From Candidatus Daviesbacteria bacterium (GTDB lineage Bacteria > Patescibacteriota > Microgenomatia > Daviesbacterales > UBA10151): 64,000 bases of DNA. Of the stretch, positions 29,313 through 38,942 are shown one piece after another; position 1 is the first letter of the stretch; each line of letters starts with the position of its first letter. Both the position numbers and the translations under genes were made by a program. The stretch lies in assembly GCA_028687915.1 (NCBI GenBank), contig JAQTZF010000001.1, forward strand, positions 674,634 through 738,633, written 5' to 3'. The notes beneath the pieces were generated by a model. The model had not been told where the DNA came from. It saw only the letters and a program-made list of their open reading frames with translations, and searched no databases.

Positions 29313-30677
29313 TTAAGGTATTTTGATACTTTGGTTTCTTTGAGGTCCTGTAGTGATCATACTAATTTTACTGTTCAAATTTTTAGCAATAAAATCCAGG
29401 TATTTTTTAGCTTCTTTTGGTAATTCTTTATAGCTTTTAGCTTTTTGAATTTCTGCCTGATCCCAGGTTTCTAATTCAATAAATTCAGGTTTTACTTTTA
29501 ATAAATATTCCTGAGAAGGTCTGTATTCTACTTCTTTTCCATTTATTTTATATTTTGTGCAGATTTTAATGGGGGTATTGGGATAAACAATATCCATATG
29601 AGTAAGGATATGGGAATTAACATTTCCCACCCTGGTAAAAAATCTTAAAGCTGGTAAATCAATATATGCAATATCACGGGGTCTTTTTGTGGTAGCTCCA
29701 TACTCATGTGCATCTTCACGGATTTTAGCTGCTAACTTTTCACCCATTATTGTGGGTAGAATTCTGCTTCCCACACTACTCATGTATGTAGCTTTTATTA
29801 CAGCAGCCCTTGTTCCTATTTGATCCGGATCTACTATTCCTTCTGTAGAAGAAAAGATCCCATCAAAGGTAGTATCTGAGGCTGTAATATCAGGATATAC
29901 ACCGTATCTGCAATCTAAACCAATAGCCTGTGCCTTTTCAAAAATAAATACTTTTTTTTCGTCACTCCACATTTGACCCAAAGAAGCATTTATATCTTCA
30001 ACCATGCCTTTAATTAATTTACCCTGAGCTTCCAGCTTTTTAACAAATTCCTGCTCAGTTCCCACAGTTTGTAGCTCTGTTTTATTATATGCAGGTACTT
30101 TTGCAGTACTTAACTTAACTCCTAAGCCTTTTAGAAGTGCTTGATACAATCTATAGTGTCTGGAGATCTTATTTTCATTAAAGACTGCAATATCTTTAAT
30201 CTGTAAAGGGTGACGTAATAAAATATCAGCATAAGCAGGGGCAATACCTCTGCCTGTTGCACCGCTACCTCCTTTTTGCCAGTTCTTTAAAGCTGCTTCA
30301 TAGGCTCTGTGGGTATCTAAAGCAAGGTAAGTATTCTCATCAATTATTATCTGTGCACAAATTTTATCTCCATTATGTTCTTTAACTTCATTTATTTCTG
30401 TTAATAAATCTTCGGGGTGAATAACCATGCCTTTTCCTAAAATTACTTTTGCAGACTTACATAAAATTCCGGAGGGTAATAAATGCATGGCTAATCTTCT
30501 GCCATCTGTAAGCTCGATGGTGTGTCCTGCATTTGCACCACCATTATCTCTATAAACTATTACAGGAGAACCTTTTTTTGAGTAAAAATCAACATATTCG
30601 TCAACAATTCTGCCCTTACCTTCATCGCCATATACTCCTCCACAAAAAGCAAATGAATTTTTTCTAATTTTTTTCAT
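29313..30677 (-). CDS. purA: Adenylosuccinate synthetase
   Basis: GDEGKGRIVD, GGANAGHT, GIAPAY, EYGATTKRPR, TGP. Confidence 0.95.
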   Translation of the reverse strand: MKKIRKNSFAFCGGVYGDEGKGRIVDEYVDFYSKKGSPVIVYRDNGGANAGHTIELTDGRRLAMHLLPSGILCKSAKVILGKGMVIHPEDLLTEINEVKEHNGDKICAQIIIDENTYLALDTHRAYEAALKNWQKGGSGATGRGIAPAYADILLRHPLQIKDIAVFNENKISRHYRLYQALLKGLGVKLSTAKVPAYNKTELQTVGTEQEFVKKLEAQGKLIKGMVEDINASLGQMWSDEKKVFIFEKAQAIGLDCRYGVYPDITASDTTFDGIFSSTEGIVDPDQIGTRAAVIKATYMSSVGSRILPTIMGEKLAAKIREDAHEYGATTKRPRDIAYIDLPALRFFTRVGNVNSHILTHMDIVYPNTPIKICTKYKINGKEVEYRPSQEYLLKVKPEFIELETWDQAEIQKAKSYKELPKEAKKYLDFIAKNLNSKISMITTGPQRNQSIKIP

Positions 30678-30743
30678 TAATAAAGTCCAGAAAAACTATA
30701 TTAGTAAAACAAAGCAATGTCAATTACCTATGTTTAATTAGTC

Positions 30744-30779
30744 CTATAGTTTGACTAATAGTTGTAAATTTAGTATAAT
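30744..30779 (+). promoter_or_regulatory. CYATAG-box promoter
   Basis: CTATAGt TTGACT-17-TATAAT. Confidence 0.65.
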
Positions 30780-30792
30780 ATACTTTCATTTT

Positions 30793-31667
30793 ATGTATAA
30801 AGATATTGAATCTCCCGTAAGAGAAAGCATGGTTCTACCAGGACAGACTCTCTTTGAATATGCTGGTTTAAAATTAAACTTCCATCCAAGTAGGGGTTAT
30901 TTACTGTAGATGATCTACAAGTAAGACTACGATTGCCTGAAGAGGTTGTGTTAGAAGAACTTATTATTACTCCTGAACAATTTGTACTTAGAAAGCGTCT
31001 TGTGGAGGCTTTATGTTCTGCTAATCCCAAAGACACTAATCATTCTGAAGAACTAAGAAAATATATAAAGGGCCTTAGAGGGAAAATAGACTTCTTATAT
31101 AATCGCACTGGTCATGATGGTCCCCAAGCATCTATTAAATATACAAAGTCTTTGGGGTATACGTTAACAACAAATGATAAGCCGGTTGAAGTGCCTAAAA
31201 CTGAGGAAAGCAAGCTTTGTTTTGTGGGCCCAAAGTTTTTGAAAAGGCCACAAGTAAAAGGCTACTTAAGTTTATTCCATGATCCAAAAAATAAAAGGGT
31301 GTATAGTTCTCTAAATGAATCTAGATTTGGACGTCTTAGACTAACTCCTGCACAAAATGAGATCCTTGGGAGATTGATGATGACTCCTGAGCAAATAGTT
31401 TCATATGAAGAGCTTTTTGAGTTAGAAATTGGACATAGTGAAGAAGCTTATGAAGGTGATTTTGTTTACGGTTTACTTAAGCGGGATTATCATGATAAAA
31501 GGAAAAGATTAGGTGATAATGTCACTCTTTTGAGAAAAGCTATTATTGAATTATATAGGTTTGTTGAAGCATCACATTATAACCTTGCATTGCCAATATC
31601 GGTCCGAAAAAGCGGTTATTTATTAAGCACAAATCATAGATTTTATAATAGAATTTTTTCTGCTTAG
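30793..31667 (+). pseudogene. Tandem OmpR/PhoB-type winged-helix protein with a -1 frameshift near 30894-30906
   Basis: ATG at 30793 reads ...LNFHPSRGY then stops at 30907-30909; the -1 frame continues FTVDDLQVRLRLPEE...; second wHTH LTPAQNEILGRLMMTPEQIVSYEEL...SVRKSGY. Confidence 0.6.
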
Positions 31668-31753
31668 ATTCATCTATTACCCATATTTTAAGAAAAAATC
31701 TGATATAGATAAAATATATTGTGTTATTATGTAGGTAATACTATGATCAATTC

Positions 31754-32053
31754 ATGGATGAGAATAGTTTTAAGAAAATATTAGATGAGGCTTTAACTCC
31801 ACTTCGAGAAGATGTACATGACTTGAAAGAAGATGTACATGATTTGAAAGAAGATGTACATGATTTGAAAGAAGATGTACAAACTTTAAAGGTATCAGTA
31901 CTATCTTTAGAGAAAACTGTAGGTTCTTATGCAGATAGCTACCAAGAAAATCAGCGTAATATTAATAGGTTAGACACAAGACTGAACGTTGTGGAAGAGG
32001 AATTAGCAATTGAACCTCCAGAAGATCTCAAAGTTCCACATTTTACAGCATAA
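31754..32053 (+). CDS. Coiled-coil protein with heptad tandem repeat
   Basis: (EDVHDLK)x3. Confidence 0.75.
   Translation: MDENSFKKILDEALTPLREDVHDLKEDVHDLKEDVHDLKEDVQTLKVSVLSLEKTVGSYADSYQENQRNINRLDTRLNVVEEELAIEPPEDLKVPHFTA
31808..31881 (+). repeat. 21-bp intragenic tandem repeat, about 3.5 copies
   Basis: GAAGATGTACATGAYTTGAAA. Confidence 0.95.
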
Positions 32054-32124
32054 TTTATTTTCTTTTAAAATCCCTCAAACCTAAAAGTTTTAGCTATGGG
32101 TATACATAATTACCAGCTATTATT

Positions 32125-32871
32125 CTAAGTAGGATTTTTAGCTGGAAAAAGCTTTTTTATAGAATCATCTGCTGAGTATTGTAAACAAATTAATAATCTA
32201 TATAGCTGTGCTTCAAGTGTCCCAAAATATGTGTGATGTAAATTTTCATCAAATTTTTCTTCTAAAGTATCATATATTTTTTCATAAGGTTCCCAGTTTG
32301 GGGATCGTGCACTGATACCCATTGTTTTAACAGACTCACGACTGTAGTAGTATGCGCCTGTTTCTTGAAGCCATAACGGTAAGGAATCATCCATGTACAA
32401 ATGGGAAATTTCATGTGTTGTGATCATATAGCAAATAGCATCGTTCGAGTATTTTTGGGCGTTCTTAATGCTCTTATGACGATTTACTAGTCGTTCTTGA
32501 TTATCTTCTGATAGTTCAGACCAAATATTCGGCCAGTAAAGAGGGAAGAATCTTTGTCTGCCTATTGGAATCATTTTCGAATAAGCATCTATATTTCCAG
32601 AAGCATCAATACCGCGAACCTCTCGTGTTTCCTGTATGACTGAGTCATAGGATTGCTGGCTAAGTAAAATAAATTTTGAAGCTACTGTACTATCCTTCAG
32701 TGGTCTCTTTATATATTTTCCGTTAAGGCTCAGAATTTGTTGATGGCTTTGTCCAATGATATGGTTCAATCTTGTTCGTTCTTGGTGTGTCATAACTTCC
32801 CTAGAAGTTACTCTTGCCTTCTCAATGATGTTTTTAAGTGCAATTTTTTCTTCTGTACATTGTTCACTCAT
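32125..32871 (-). CDS. ORFan with HExxH zincin-like motif
   Basis: THEISHLY...PLWLQETGAYY. Confidence 0.6.
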   Translation of the reverse strand: MSEQCTEEKIALKNIIEKARVTSREVMTHQERTRLNHIIGQSHQQILSLNGKYIKRPLKDSTVASKFILLSQQSYDSVIQETREVRGIDASGNIDAYSKMIPIGRQRFFPLYWPNIWSELSEDNQERLVNRHKSIKNAQKYSNDAICYMITTHEISHLYMDDSLPLWLQETGAYYYSRESVKTMGISARSPNWEPYEKIYDTLEEKFDENLHHTYFGTLEAQLYRLLICLQYSADDSIKKLFPAKNPT

Positions 32872-32879
32872 AAGTAGTA

Positions 32880-32915
32880 ATTATACTTTTTCTATTAACA
32901 TTAATCAAACTATGG
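32880..32915 (-). promoter_or_regulatory. CYATAG-box promoter
   Basis: CCATAGt TTGATT-17-TATAAT. Confidence 0.65.
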
Positions 32916-33007
32916 GTCTTTTTAGAGGGTCAAATATTAAAGTAGAATGATTTAAAAGAGAAGAGCTCCACTAAAATTTGAGTTGACTGCTTAGTAGTTA
33001 TAAAATT

Positions 33008-33631
33008 TTATTGAAAATACAGGCTAAATGAGTTTGAGCCTGAATAGAAGGGGATATTACCAGTCCAGTTTATATCTACTCTTTTTTCATTCAGGTAAAC
33101 TTTACCAGTGTAATTTATTAAGGTGCTTTGTTTCATAAATCCTACACTGCATGTGGCTGGAATTTGTCCGCTAACATTTCCTCCTTCTCCACCGTAATAT
33201 TTACCGTTAACAGATCCCGTACAAATACCAGTAACATATCCTGTAACATCCCCACCGTTTCTGGGAAAAGTAAAAGAATAGGTTAAATTCTGACCAGCAT
33301 AAGAATACCCACCAGAGGCAGTAATTATAGAATTTAATGCAGGAGTAGCTGTAGGTAAAGTAGTTGCAGGGGATTGTGGGGATTTTTCTGTTTGAGATGT
33401 TGTCTGAGCCTGAGGTGTAGGAGTGGGAGTAGGCTTTGTAAAAAAGCTAAAAAACGAATTTTCAAGTCTCGCGGTGGGGGTAGGTGAAGCTGTTGGCTGA
33501 GAAGTTTGGTCTGGATTTATTTTGGTTACAGTTATTGAATGAGTAGCTGTGAAACTGCCAATTGTATAGCCTGCAATGAGCAGCAAACCCGCAAATATTA
33601 AAAATATAGGTGCAAATCCTTTTTCCTGCAT
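33008..33631 (-). CDS. Membrane-anchored surface protein with P/T-rich linker
   Basis: KGF-type N-terminus plus TM helix, PTPTPT linker, beta-rich C-terminal domain. Confidence 0.75.
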   Translation of the reverse strand: MQEKGFAPIFLIFAGLLLIAGYTIGSFTATHSITVTKINPDQTSQPTASPTPTARLENSFFSFFTKPTPTPTPQAQTTSQTEKSPQSPATTLPTATPALNSIITASGGYSYAGQNLTYSFTFPRNGGDVTGYVTGICTGSVNGKYYGGEGGNVSGQIPATCSVGFMKQSTLINYTGKVYLNEKRVDINWTGNIPFYSGSNSFSLYFQ

Positions 33632-33722
33632 TGGTAAATAAGGTTATTATTTGTGTAATTAAACTATTTCATATCTAAAAAAGGAAGTCAATTAATGATT
33701 AAGCTGCGCACCCAAATTACTT

Positions 33723-34697
33723 TCAAAAAGGGGTAAGAGGTGTGGGCTCAGATTTTGGGGTGATTCCTGGATTAAAAGAGGTTATTCCACCCAAAGATAC
33801 AGTGATTGTTTGCTTGATTCCATTGGCATATTCTGCATAATAAGTGCCTGGTTTAAGATGAATAACATACTTTCCTGAATCATCTGACTTAGTAGATGCT
33901 GCAATAGCCTTTTTATCAGTTAGATCTGTATAAATAGTTACTGGGAAGTTAGGCATGGGAGTAGTTTTTTCATGGTTGTTTTCAGATGTTACAGAATTAA
34001 CCTGGCCTGATATATCTCCGGTTGAGATGGGGATGCTGGCAAGGTTGGATGCAATTAATTTAAGATTAGCGTCATCTTCTTTGGAGGTAAAATCACCAAA
34101 GTTTGAGCTAATGATTAAGGTTTCTTTTTGTGCACCTTCAACATATAGCACTTGTCTTCTTGTTCCTACCGGGATGTTTTGTGGGTAGCTTGTAGTAATC
34201 TTTTTCAAAACAGTATGTGCATCAATACCTCTAAATTCTACTTTGGGATTACTGATTTTGGATTTAATTACCTGTGGTTGTTGCATATAAGCTGCATCCA
34301 GTCTTATTACATAATCAAAAAATGATTCCTTTGGTTGTCTTTTTAGAGCAGGATTTTCCGGATAAATATTATAGCGGTCTGTTGTAATTGTGTATGCAGA
34401 ACATCGATCAGTAGAAATTGCTTGTGGTTGTAAACCAATTACTCCAGGGTTATAGCCTGGATCACAAACAGTCCAGTTGCCTGGTAATGTTAATTTAAAC
34501 CCAAGAGTGGGGCTGGAATATCCAATGTCTACTGTAGGAAAAGCTAAGAGTTTAGTTGATTCTTTTGGGTTAAAGTAGCCTGTATTAACTAAAAAGTATA
34601 TTCCATAGATTATTCCAAACACCAATATAATCCCAGGAATAATTATTAATGGGGTAAAACCTTTCTTTTTATGTTTGGGAGAACTTTTATGCTTCAT
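33723..34697 (-). CDS. Membrane-anchored surface protein (PsbP-like region and carboxypeptidase-regulatory-like domain)
   Basis: KGF plus TM; GFKLTLPGNW; TKSDDSGKYVIHLKPGTY. Confidence 0.65.
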   Translation of the reverse strand: MKHKSSPKHKKKGFTPLIIIPGIILVFGIIYGIYFLVNTGYFNPKESTKLLAFPTVDIGYSSPTLGFKLTLPGNWTVCDPGYNPGVIGLQPQAISTDRCSAYTITTDRYNIYPENPALKRQPKESFFDYVIRLDAAYMQQPQVIKSKISNPKVEFRGIDAHTVLKKITTSYPQNIPVGTRRQVLYVEGAQKETLIISSNFGDFTSKEDDANLKLIASNLASIPISTGDISGQVNSVTSENNHEKTTPMPNFPVTIYTDLTDKKAIAASTKSDDSGKYVIHLKPGTYYAEYANGIKQTITVSLGGITSFNPGITPKSEPTPLTPF

Positions 34698-34798
34698 TTA
34701 AATAATTATTTAATAGATAGGAAATAAAAACAAGGACTTAGATTTATGAGGGTCTTGTTATTTTTGGGATGATAAGGGGGCTGTGTTAAAATATCTTC

Positions 34799-35140
34799 AT
34801 GATAATTACCAAAACTATTCCTTTTACCAAAGAAGAAATTGAACAGCTAAAAGAGGTTTTTGACGTATATATTAAAACTGTAATTGATATTGAGAATAAG
34901 ATTTGCTCTGCTGGTATGGATAGACATTTTGAGGGTGAAGAAATTCTGCTGAAGCAGGGTTCTAAGCAATCTAATATTTGGGGTGGCGGAGTAGATTTAG
35001 AGACTTCGGTAGTGGATTATAACTCTTTTATTAATATAAGGCCCGATGATAATAATACAAGTAATGAAATCCAGGACGCTACAATTAGAGAAAAGTATGA
35101 AGAATTAACTAAATTTTTTTTTAAGGAAATATATGAATAA
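34799..35140 (+). CDS. DUF5674-like protein
   Basis: IKTVIDIE...H...EEILL..GSKQSNIWGG...SFINIRP. Confidence 0.75.
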   Translation: MIITKTIPFTKEEIEQLKEVFDVYIKTVIDIENKICSAGMDRHFEGEEILLKQGSKQSNIWGGGVDLETSVVDYNSFINIRPDDNNTSNEIQDATIREKYEELTKFFFKEIYE

Positions 35141-35408
35141 CCAAAAATTAATCGTTGAATCTCTTGCTATGGACCTAAAAAGAGTATCTTTAGGTCTTTA
35201 TAGAGGATCAAATGTTATGGCAGAAAGGTTTAAAGAGGAGTCTTTAAAAAGAAGTAACGAGTTGGAGAGTGAAAATTTAGATAGCTATTTAATGTTTCTT
35301 ATTTTAAAAATGAAAGAAGCTTTAGCTGGTGATAAAGAGTATATAGCTGATGATCTACTAATGTATAGCACTCTTTTTCAAAATTACGCACTAACAAAAA
35401 TGGTATAA
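35133..35408 (+). CDS. Small helical hypothetical protein, coupled to the DUF5674-like gene
   Basis: 8-nt overlap; SLAMDLKRV...ADDLLMYSTLFQN. Confidence 0.7.
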   Translation: MNNQKLIVESLAMDLKRVSLGLYRGSNVMAERFKEESLKRSNELESENLDSYLMFLILKMKEALAGDKEYIADDLLMYSTLFQNYALTKMV

Positions 35409-35420
35409 CTGTAAGACCAT

Positions 35421-35708
35421 TTATACTTCATTATTAGGAATAATTGATAGTATCTTTCCTTGTATGTTTGTGCACTCAATAGATTCAGAAGGAATTCCGG
35501 TGAGTTGAGAAACCAGTCTGACATGTTTTGAGAAGAATAAGCTATCACGAGTATTTGTTTCCAGTATAGCTAATCTCCTTAATTCTGACTCATCCAGAAG
35601 AAAGCATCTCCAGCCATATAGTCTTGTAGCGCCTTTTTGTACATCATATTGTCCTTGATGTTGTTCTGAATATCGGTCCAAATCCTCCGGAGTCATTTCT
35701 GTTGTCAT
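35421..35708 (-). CDS. ORFan (95 aa)
   Basis: Has its own promoter immediately upstream. Confidence 0.6.
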   Translation of the reverse strand: MTTEMTPEDLDRYSEQHQGQYDVQKGATRLYGWRCFLLDESELRRLAILETNTRDSLFFSKHVRLVSQLTGIPSESIECTNIQGKILSIIPNNEV

Positions 35709-35718
35709 AGTGAATACA

Positions 35719-35759
35719 ATTATATCAAAATTAGGGTTTAATTCAACCTATAGTTATTT
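35719..35759 (-). promoter_or_regulatory. CYATAG-box promoter / 17-bp direct repeat copy 1
   Basis: AAATAACTATAGG TTGAAT-16-TATAAT. Confidence 0.7.
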
Positions 35760-35815
35760 AGTGACTGGGTAGGCTTAGTTTGTAATCATCTATCTTCATT
35801 TTCAAGCTTTAATTT

Positions 35816-36892
35816 TTAAAACCAAAGAATATCTTCTCTAATAAAATCTGCCAACATTTTAGGGGTTCTTAGGAAATCAGCAGGTGCTGGAGCATGGAGG
35901 ATGGTAGACCATGGAACTAAGCTATTTCCGCTTTTTAATATAACAGTGCTATCTCCTTTTTGACCTCTAATAATTTCATTACCCCACTGTCCTTTCAGAA
36001 ATTTTACATTTTGATAACCTTCTCTATCTAAATCCTCAGGAACTAAAACAAAACCATAATTAATATCTACAGCTCTTGGGCCTCCCATAACAAAAACAAT
36101 TTCTGCTGCTAAATTTATAAATCTATCTTTATATCTCTGAACTGCTTTCACCTCTGTTGTAGGTCCTTCAGAGGCATACTTATTATATGTTTCAAAAGGA
36201 AAGGTGGATACTCCATTTGAACTCTCGTATCCAAAATGAATTTGTCTTATCTGTCCATCTTCAATATACTGGAATTGATGATCATAAGAATCAAAATCAG
36301 AGGAATCAATCCAAACCCTGCCTCCAGTTGGCTCTAAAGGACCATAAAATCTTGACCAAAGTCTAAGTCCAGCATCTTTATAGCCTATAATTTGCCCAGC
36401 AATATTTTGCTCTAGCGGTTTATTAGGGTCAACAAACTTTCTATCTTTGCAATTCCAGTCACTTACTGCAGTCACATTTACTTGTTTTACAGGTTCTGCT
36501 TTTTCCACTTCTAAAACTTTCATGATAAGTTCATCTGTTTCTTTAGCCTCTGGTTTTAAAATAGTTTTTGGATAACCTAAGTAGAATTGATTTCCTAACC
36601 AATGACTCCATAGTCCTAGGATACCTTTAGGAGTTTGTATAGCTAATCGCCAACCTTGTTCTCTATAACTTTTTACTCTTGCTGTTTCACCTTCAGCCTG
36701 AGCCTGTGCTTTTCTTAAAGAATCGTGAGCAAGGTGCATTAAATCACCTCTTAAAGGGTATGTTCCATAAGCTTCTGAAATTTCACTAGGAGAAATTGTA
36801 GGGTACTGATCTTCTTTTCCCTTATCCAGTCCAGACAGGTCAACACCTTCTAATTGTTTCCAAATATCTCCAGATTCTGGTTCAATTGACAT
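35816..36892 (-). CDS. ORFan (358 aa)
   Basis: Long ORF with leaderless start; no recognisable motif. Confidence 0.75.
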   Translation of the reverse strand: MSIEPESGDIWKQLEGVDLSGLDKGKEDQYPTISPSEISEAYGTYPLRGDLMHLAHDSLRKAQAQAEGETARVKSYREQGWRLAIQTPKGILGLWSHWLGNQFYLGYPKTILKPEAKETDELIMKVLEVEKAEPVKQVNVTAVSDWNCKDRKFVDPNKPLEQNIAGQIIGYKDAGLRLWSRFYGPLEPTGGRVWIDSSDFDSYDHQFQYIEDGQIRQIHFGYESSNGVSTFPFETYNKYASEGPTTEVKAVQRYKDRFINLAAEIVFVMGGPRAVDINYGFVLVPEDLDREGYQNVKFLKGQWGNEIIRGQKGDSTVILKSGNSLVPWSTILHAPAPADFLRTPKMLADFIREDILWF

Positions 36893-36898
36893 GAGAAA

Positions 36899-36940
36899 AT
36901 TCTAGCACAAATGTGGATAAATATCAACCTATAGTTATTT
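36899..36940 (-). promoter_or_regulatory. CYATAG-box promoter / 17-bp direct repeat copy 2, abutting the tRNA-His CCA
   Basis: AAATAACTATAGG TTGATA-17-TAGAAT. Confidence 0.7.
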
Positions 36941-37015
36941 GGGGTGATCGAGGGGATTCGAACCCCCAACAACTGCCTCCACAGGGCAGCGCTCTACCAT
37001 TGAGCTACGACCACC
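36940..37015 (-). tRNA. tRNA-His(GTG)
   Basis: G-1, CTGCC/GGCAG stem with loop CTGTGGA, encoded CCA. Confidence 0.96.
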
Positions 37016-37040
37016 ATATTCTGTATTTTACCAGATTCAC

Positions 37041-37107
37041 AAGAAAAAGGCTCCTTTCGAAGCCTTTTTCAAAACACATACTTAAAAACCCGTAAGGTTA
37101 ATAAGTA
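37041..37107 (-). ncRNA. Putative small RNA B (related to sRNA A)
   Basis: TTGACT-17-TATAAA at 37141-37113; hairpin TACTTA..AACC/GGTT..TAAGTA; terminator AAAAAGGCTTC-GAAAG-GAGCCTTTTT. Confidence 0.55.
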
Positions 37108-37172
37108 CTTTATTTATAAACTTTCACTGAAAAAAAGTCAACTACACTCGGTTTACACGATTGTAGTCAACA

Positions 37173-38936
37173 TTAATTGAAAAAGGGGAGTAATTCCCAT
37201 AAATTTATAGGTGTTAATAAAGCTGAAAAGAAGTCTGGTTCCAAAGTTCCAAAATTTAAAACATTATCACCAGGAACAACTTTTGTGGTAACTGTTTTTG
37301 GCTTATAGAATGGTTTATTTAACGTAAATTGAAAAGTGTAATCAGGTAATAAATACCTGGCTGGGATTTTACTTGATGTTCCATTGCTATTAATTTTAAC
37401 TCCACTGGAATTTTCCACAGAATCAGAGGAAATAGTTAATATGTAATCACCTGTAGGATCATTTTTCCATTGCAATGCAGTTTGTAAGATTAATTGGACC
37501 GGAGATTTAATTGTTGTGCTAAAAATAAAAGGTGCCTGATCAAATTCCTTGCCATTGTTAAATAGTTGTAAAGCAATAAGATAAGTTCCGCTTATTGGTG
37601 TTTTTAGCTTCACACTAAAGGTTCCTGTTTGCCCTGGTTCTACCTTTTGGTCTGATTTTAATTTTATAGACTCGATTTGTAACTCATTTCCACCTTTGGT
37701 TGCTTTTAATTCAACCTCATTTCCATCATTCCAGATTGACTGCCCGGTATTTTTAAAAGTAAGGGAAATATTATATGTTTCTCCGGAAATTAATGATGTA
37801 TAAATTTCTCCTTTAACTAGCTCAGCTCTATTATCCTGCACAGGTTTACCACTTGTCTTAGGCATCTCTTTTAGTTGTGTATAAGGTGAATAATAAGATA
37901 AATCAGTTTTATTAGCGGTGTCTGTGGTTGCTCCTAAAACATTAAGATTTTTTGTGTCTCCCGAAATCCTTTTAAAGGAAAAATGGTCAAAAGGGGTGCC
38001 TTGATAATCTAATAGGAAGGGGCTAACAGCAACAATCCTATTACTGTTCCAGGCATTTTCAAAAGCAGTTTTATAGTAATTTCCCACTTTATCAGCTGAA
38101 GGTAAGGATTTATCATAATCCACCCCCTCAGCATGCTTCCAGCCTGTTTCTGTTATAAATACAGGTATATTTTTAGTAACACCAAATCTTTGTAACAATA
38201 ATGTTTCCCAAATCCAGGTTCGAACAGAAATCCTACCAGCACTATCTGGTGAAGCAGTAAATCCAGGGTTTGGGTAAGAGTGAGTTGACCAGCCATCTAA
38301 TCTATTTAATATTCCAGGAACTTCTTCTTCCATTTGGGTTAAAAAAACCTCTTCATCCATATATTTTGGTGTTTGCTGTGGAGCAGAAGCATCAAAACCT
38401 GCATTTATCACAAAGAAATCAGGATTTTTATTTTTTAAGGCTGTAATTGTTTTATCCAAAATTCTGGCATAAGATTTTGGGTCAACATTTCCACCCCATT
38501 CCTGACCTTGGTTTGGTTCGTTATAAACTACAATATACCGGTTTTTGGTAGGCCAATTCAGGGTATCCAGAAAGTCTGCCCAGGCTGTTTCTTCACCATC
38601 ATAAGGCCTTAACCAGTAATCCTTTTCAGGGCAAGTTGCAAGCCTAATAATAGGAATTAAATGTTTTCTTCTTAAATCATCAAAAAATGACTGCCATTTA
38701 TTTGTATCTCTGTCTTTGCTTTCAATTAAAATAGTTACATAACCCCAGTCACCACCACTGGAATTTACCAAAGTGGCTGCAGGCGAAGACTCATCTGCTA
38801 TAGGTGAGATCATATGAATACCAAATTTATTATTCTGTGCCAGCAATGGATCCACAATTGCTTTAGCGGGTTTTAGTGATACAGAGTTTATAAAAATCAA
38901 CAAAAAAAATACGAGTAAATACTTTATGAATTTCAT
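37173..38936 (-). CDS. Secreted clan GH-A glycoside hydrolase-like protein with Ig-like domain
   Basis: Signal peptide; YNEPN acid/base, HSYP, FITETGW nucleophile; FKNTGQSIW (NBR1-Ig-like). Confidence 0.75.
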   Translation of the reverse strand: MKFIKYLLVFFLLIFINSVSLKPAKAIVDPLLAQNNKFGIHMISPIADESSPAATLVNSSGGDWGYVTILIESKDRDTNKWQSFFDDLRRKHLIPIIRLATCPEKDYWLRPYDGEETAWADFLDTLNWPTKNRYIVVYNEPNQGQEWGGNVDPKSYARILDKTITALKNKNPDFFVINAGFDASAPQQTPKYMDEEVFLTQMEEEVPGILNRLDGWSTHSYPNPGFTASPDSAGRISVRTWIWETLLLQRFGVTKNIPVFITETGWKHAEGVDYDKSLPSADKVGNYYKTAFENAWNSNRIVAVSPFLLDYQGTPFDHFSFKRISGDTKNLNVLGATTDTANKTDLSYYSPYTQLKEMPKTSGKPVQDNRAELVKGEIYTSLISGETYNISLTFKNTGQSIWNDGNEVELKATKGGNELQIESIKLKSDQKVEPGQTGTFSVKLKTPISGTYLIALQLFNNGKEFDQAPFIFSTTIKSPVQLILQTALQWKNDPTGDYILTISSDSVENSSGVKINSNGTSSKIPARYLLPDYTFQFTLNKPFYKPKTVTTKVVPGDNVLNFGTLEPDFFSALLTPINLWELLPFFN

Positions 38937-38942
38937 GCATGC

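Noticed and set aside
31808-31881. CRISPR-like repeat
   Set aside because: Head-to-tail repeat with no spacers, in frame inside a CDS
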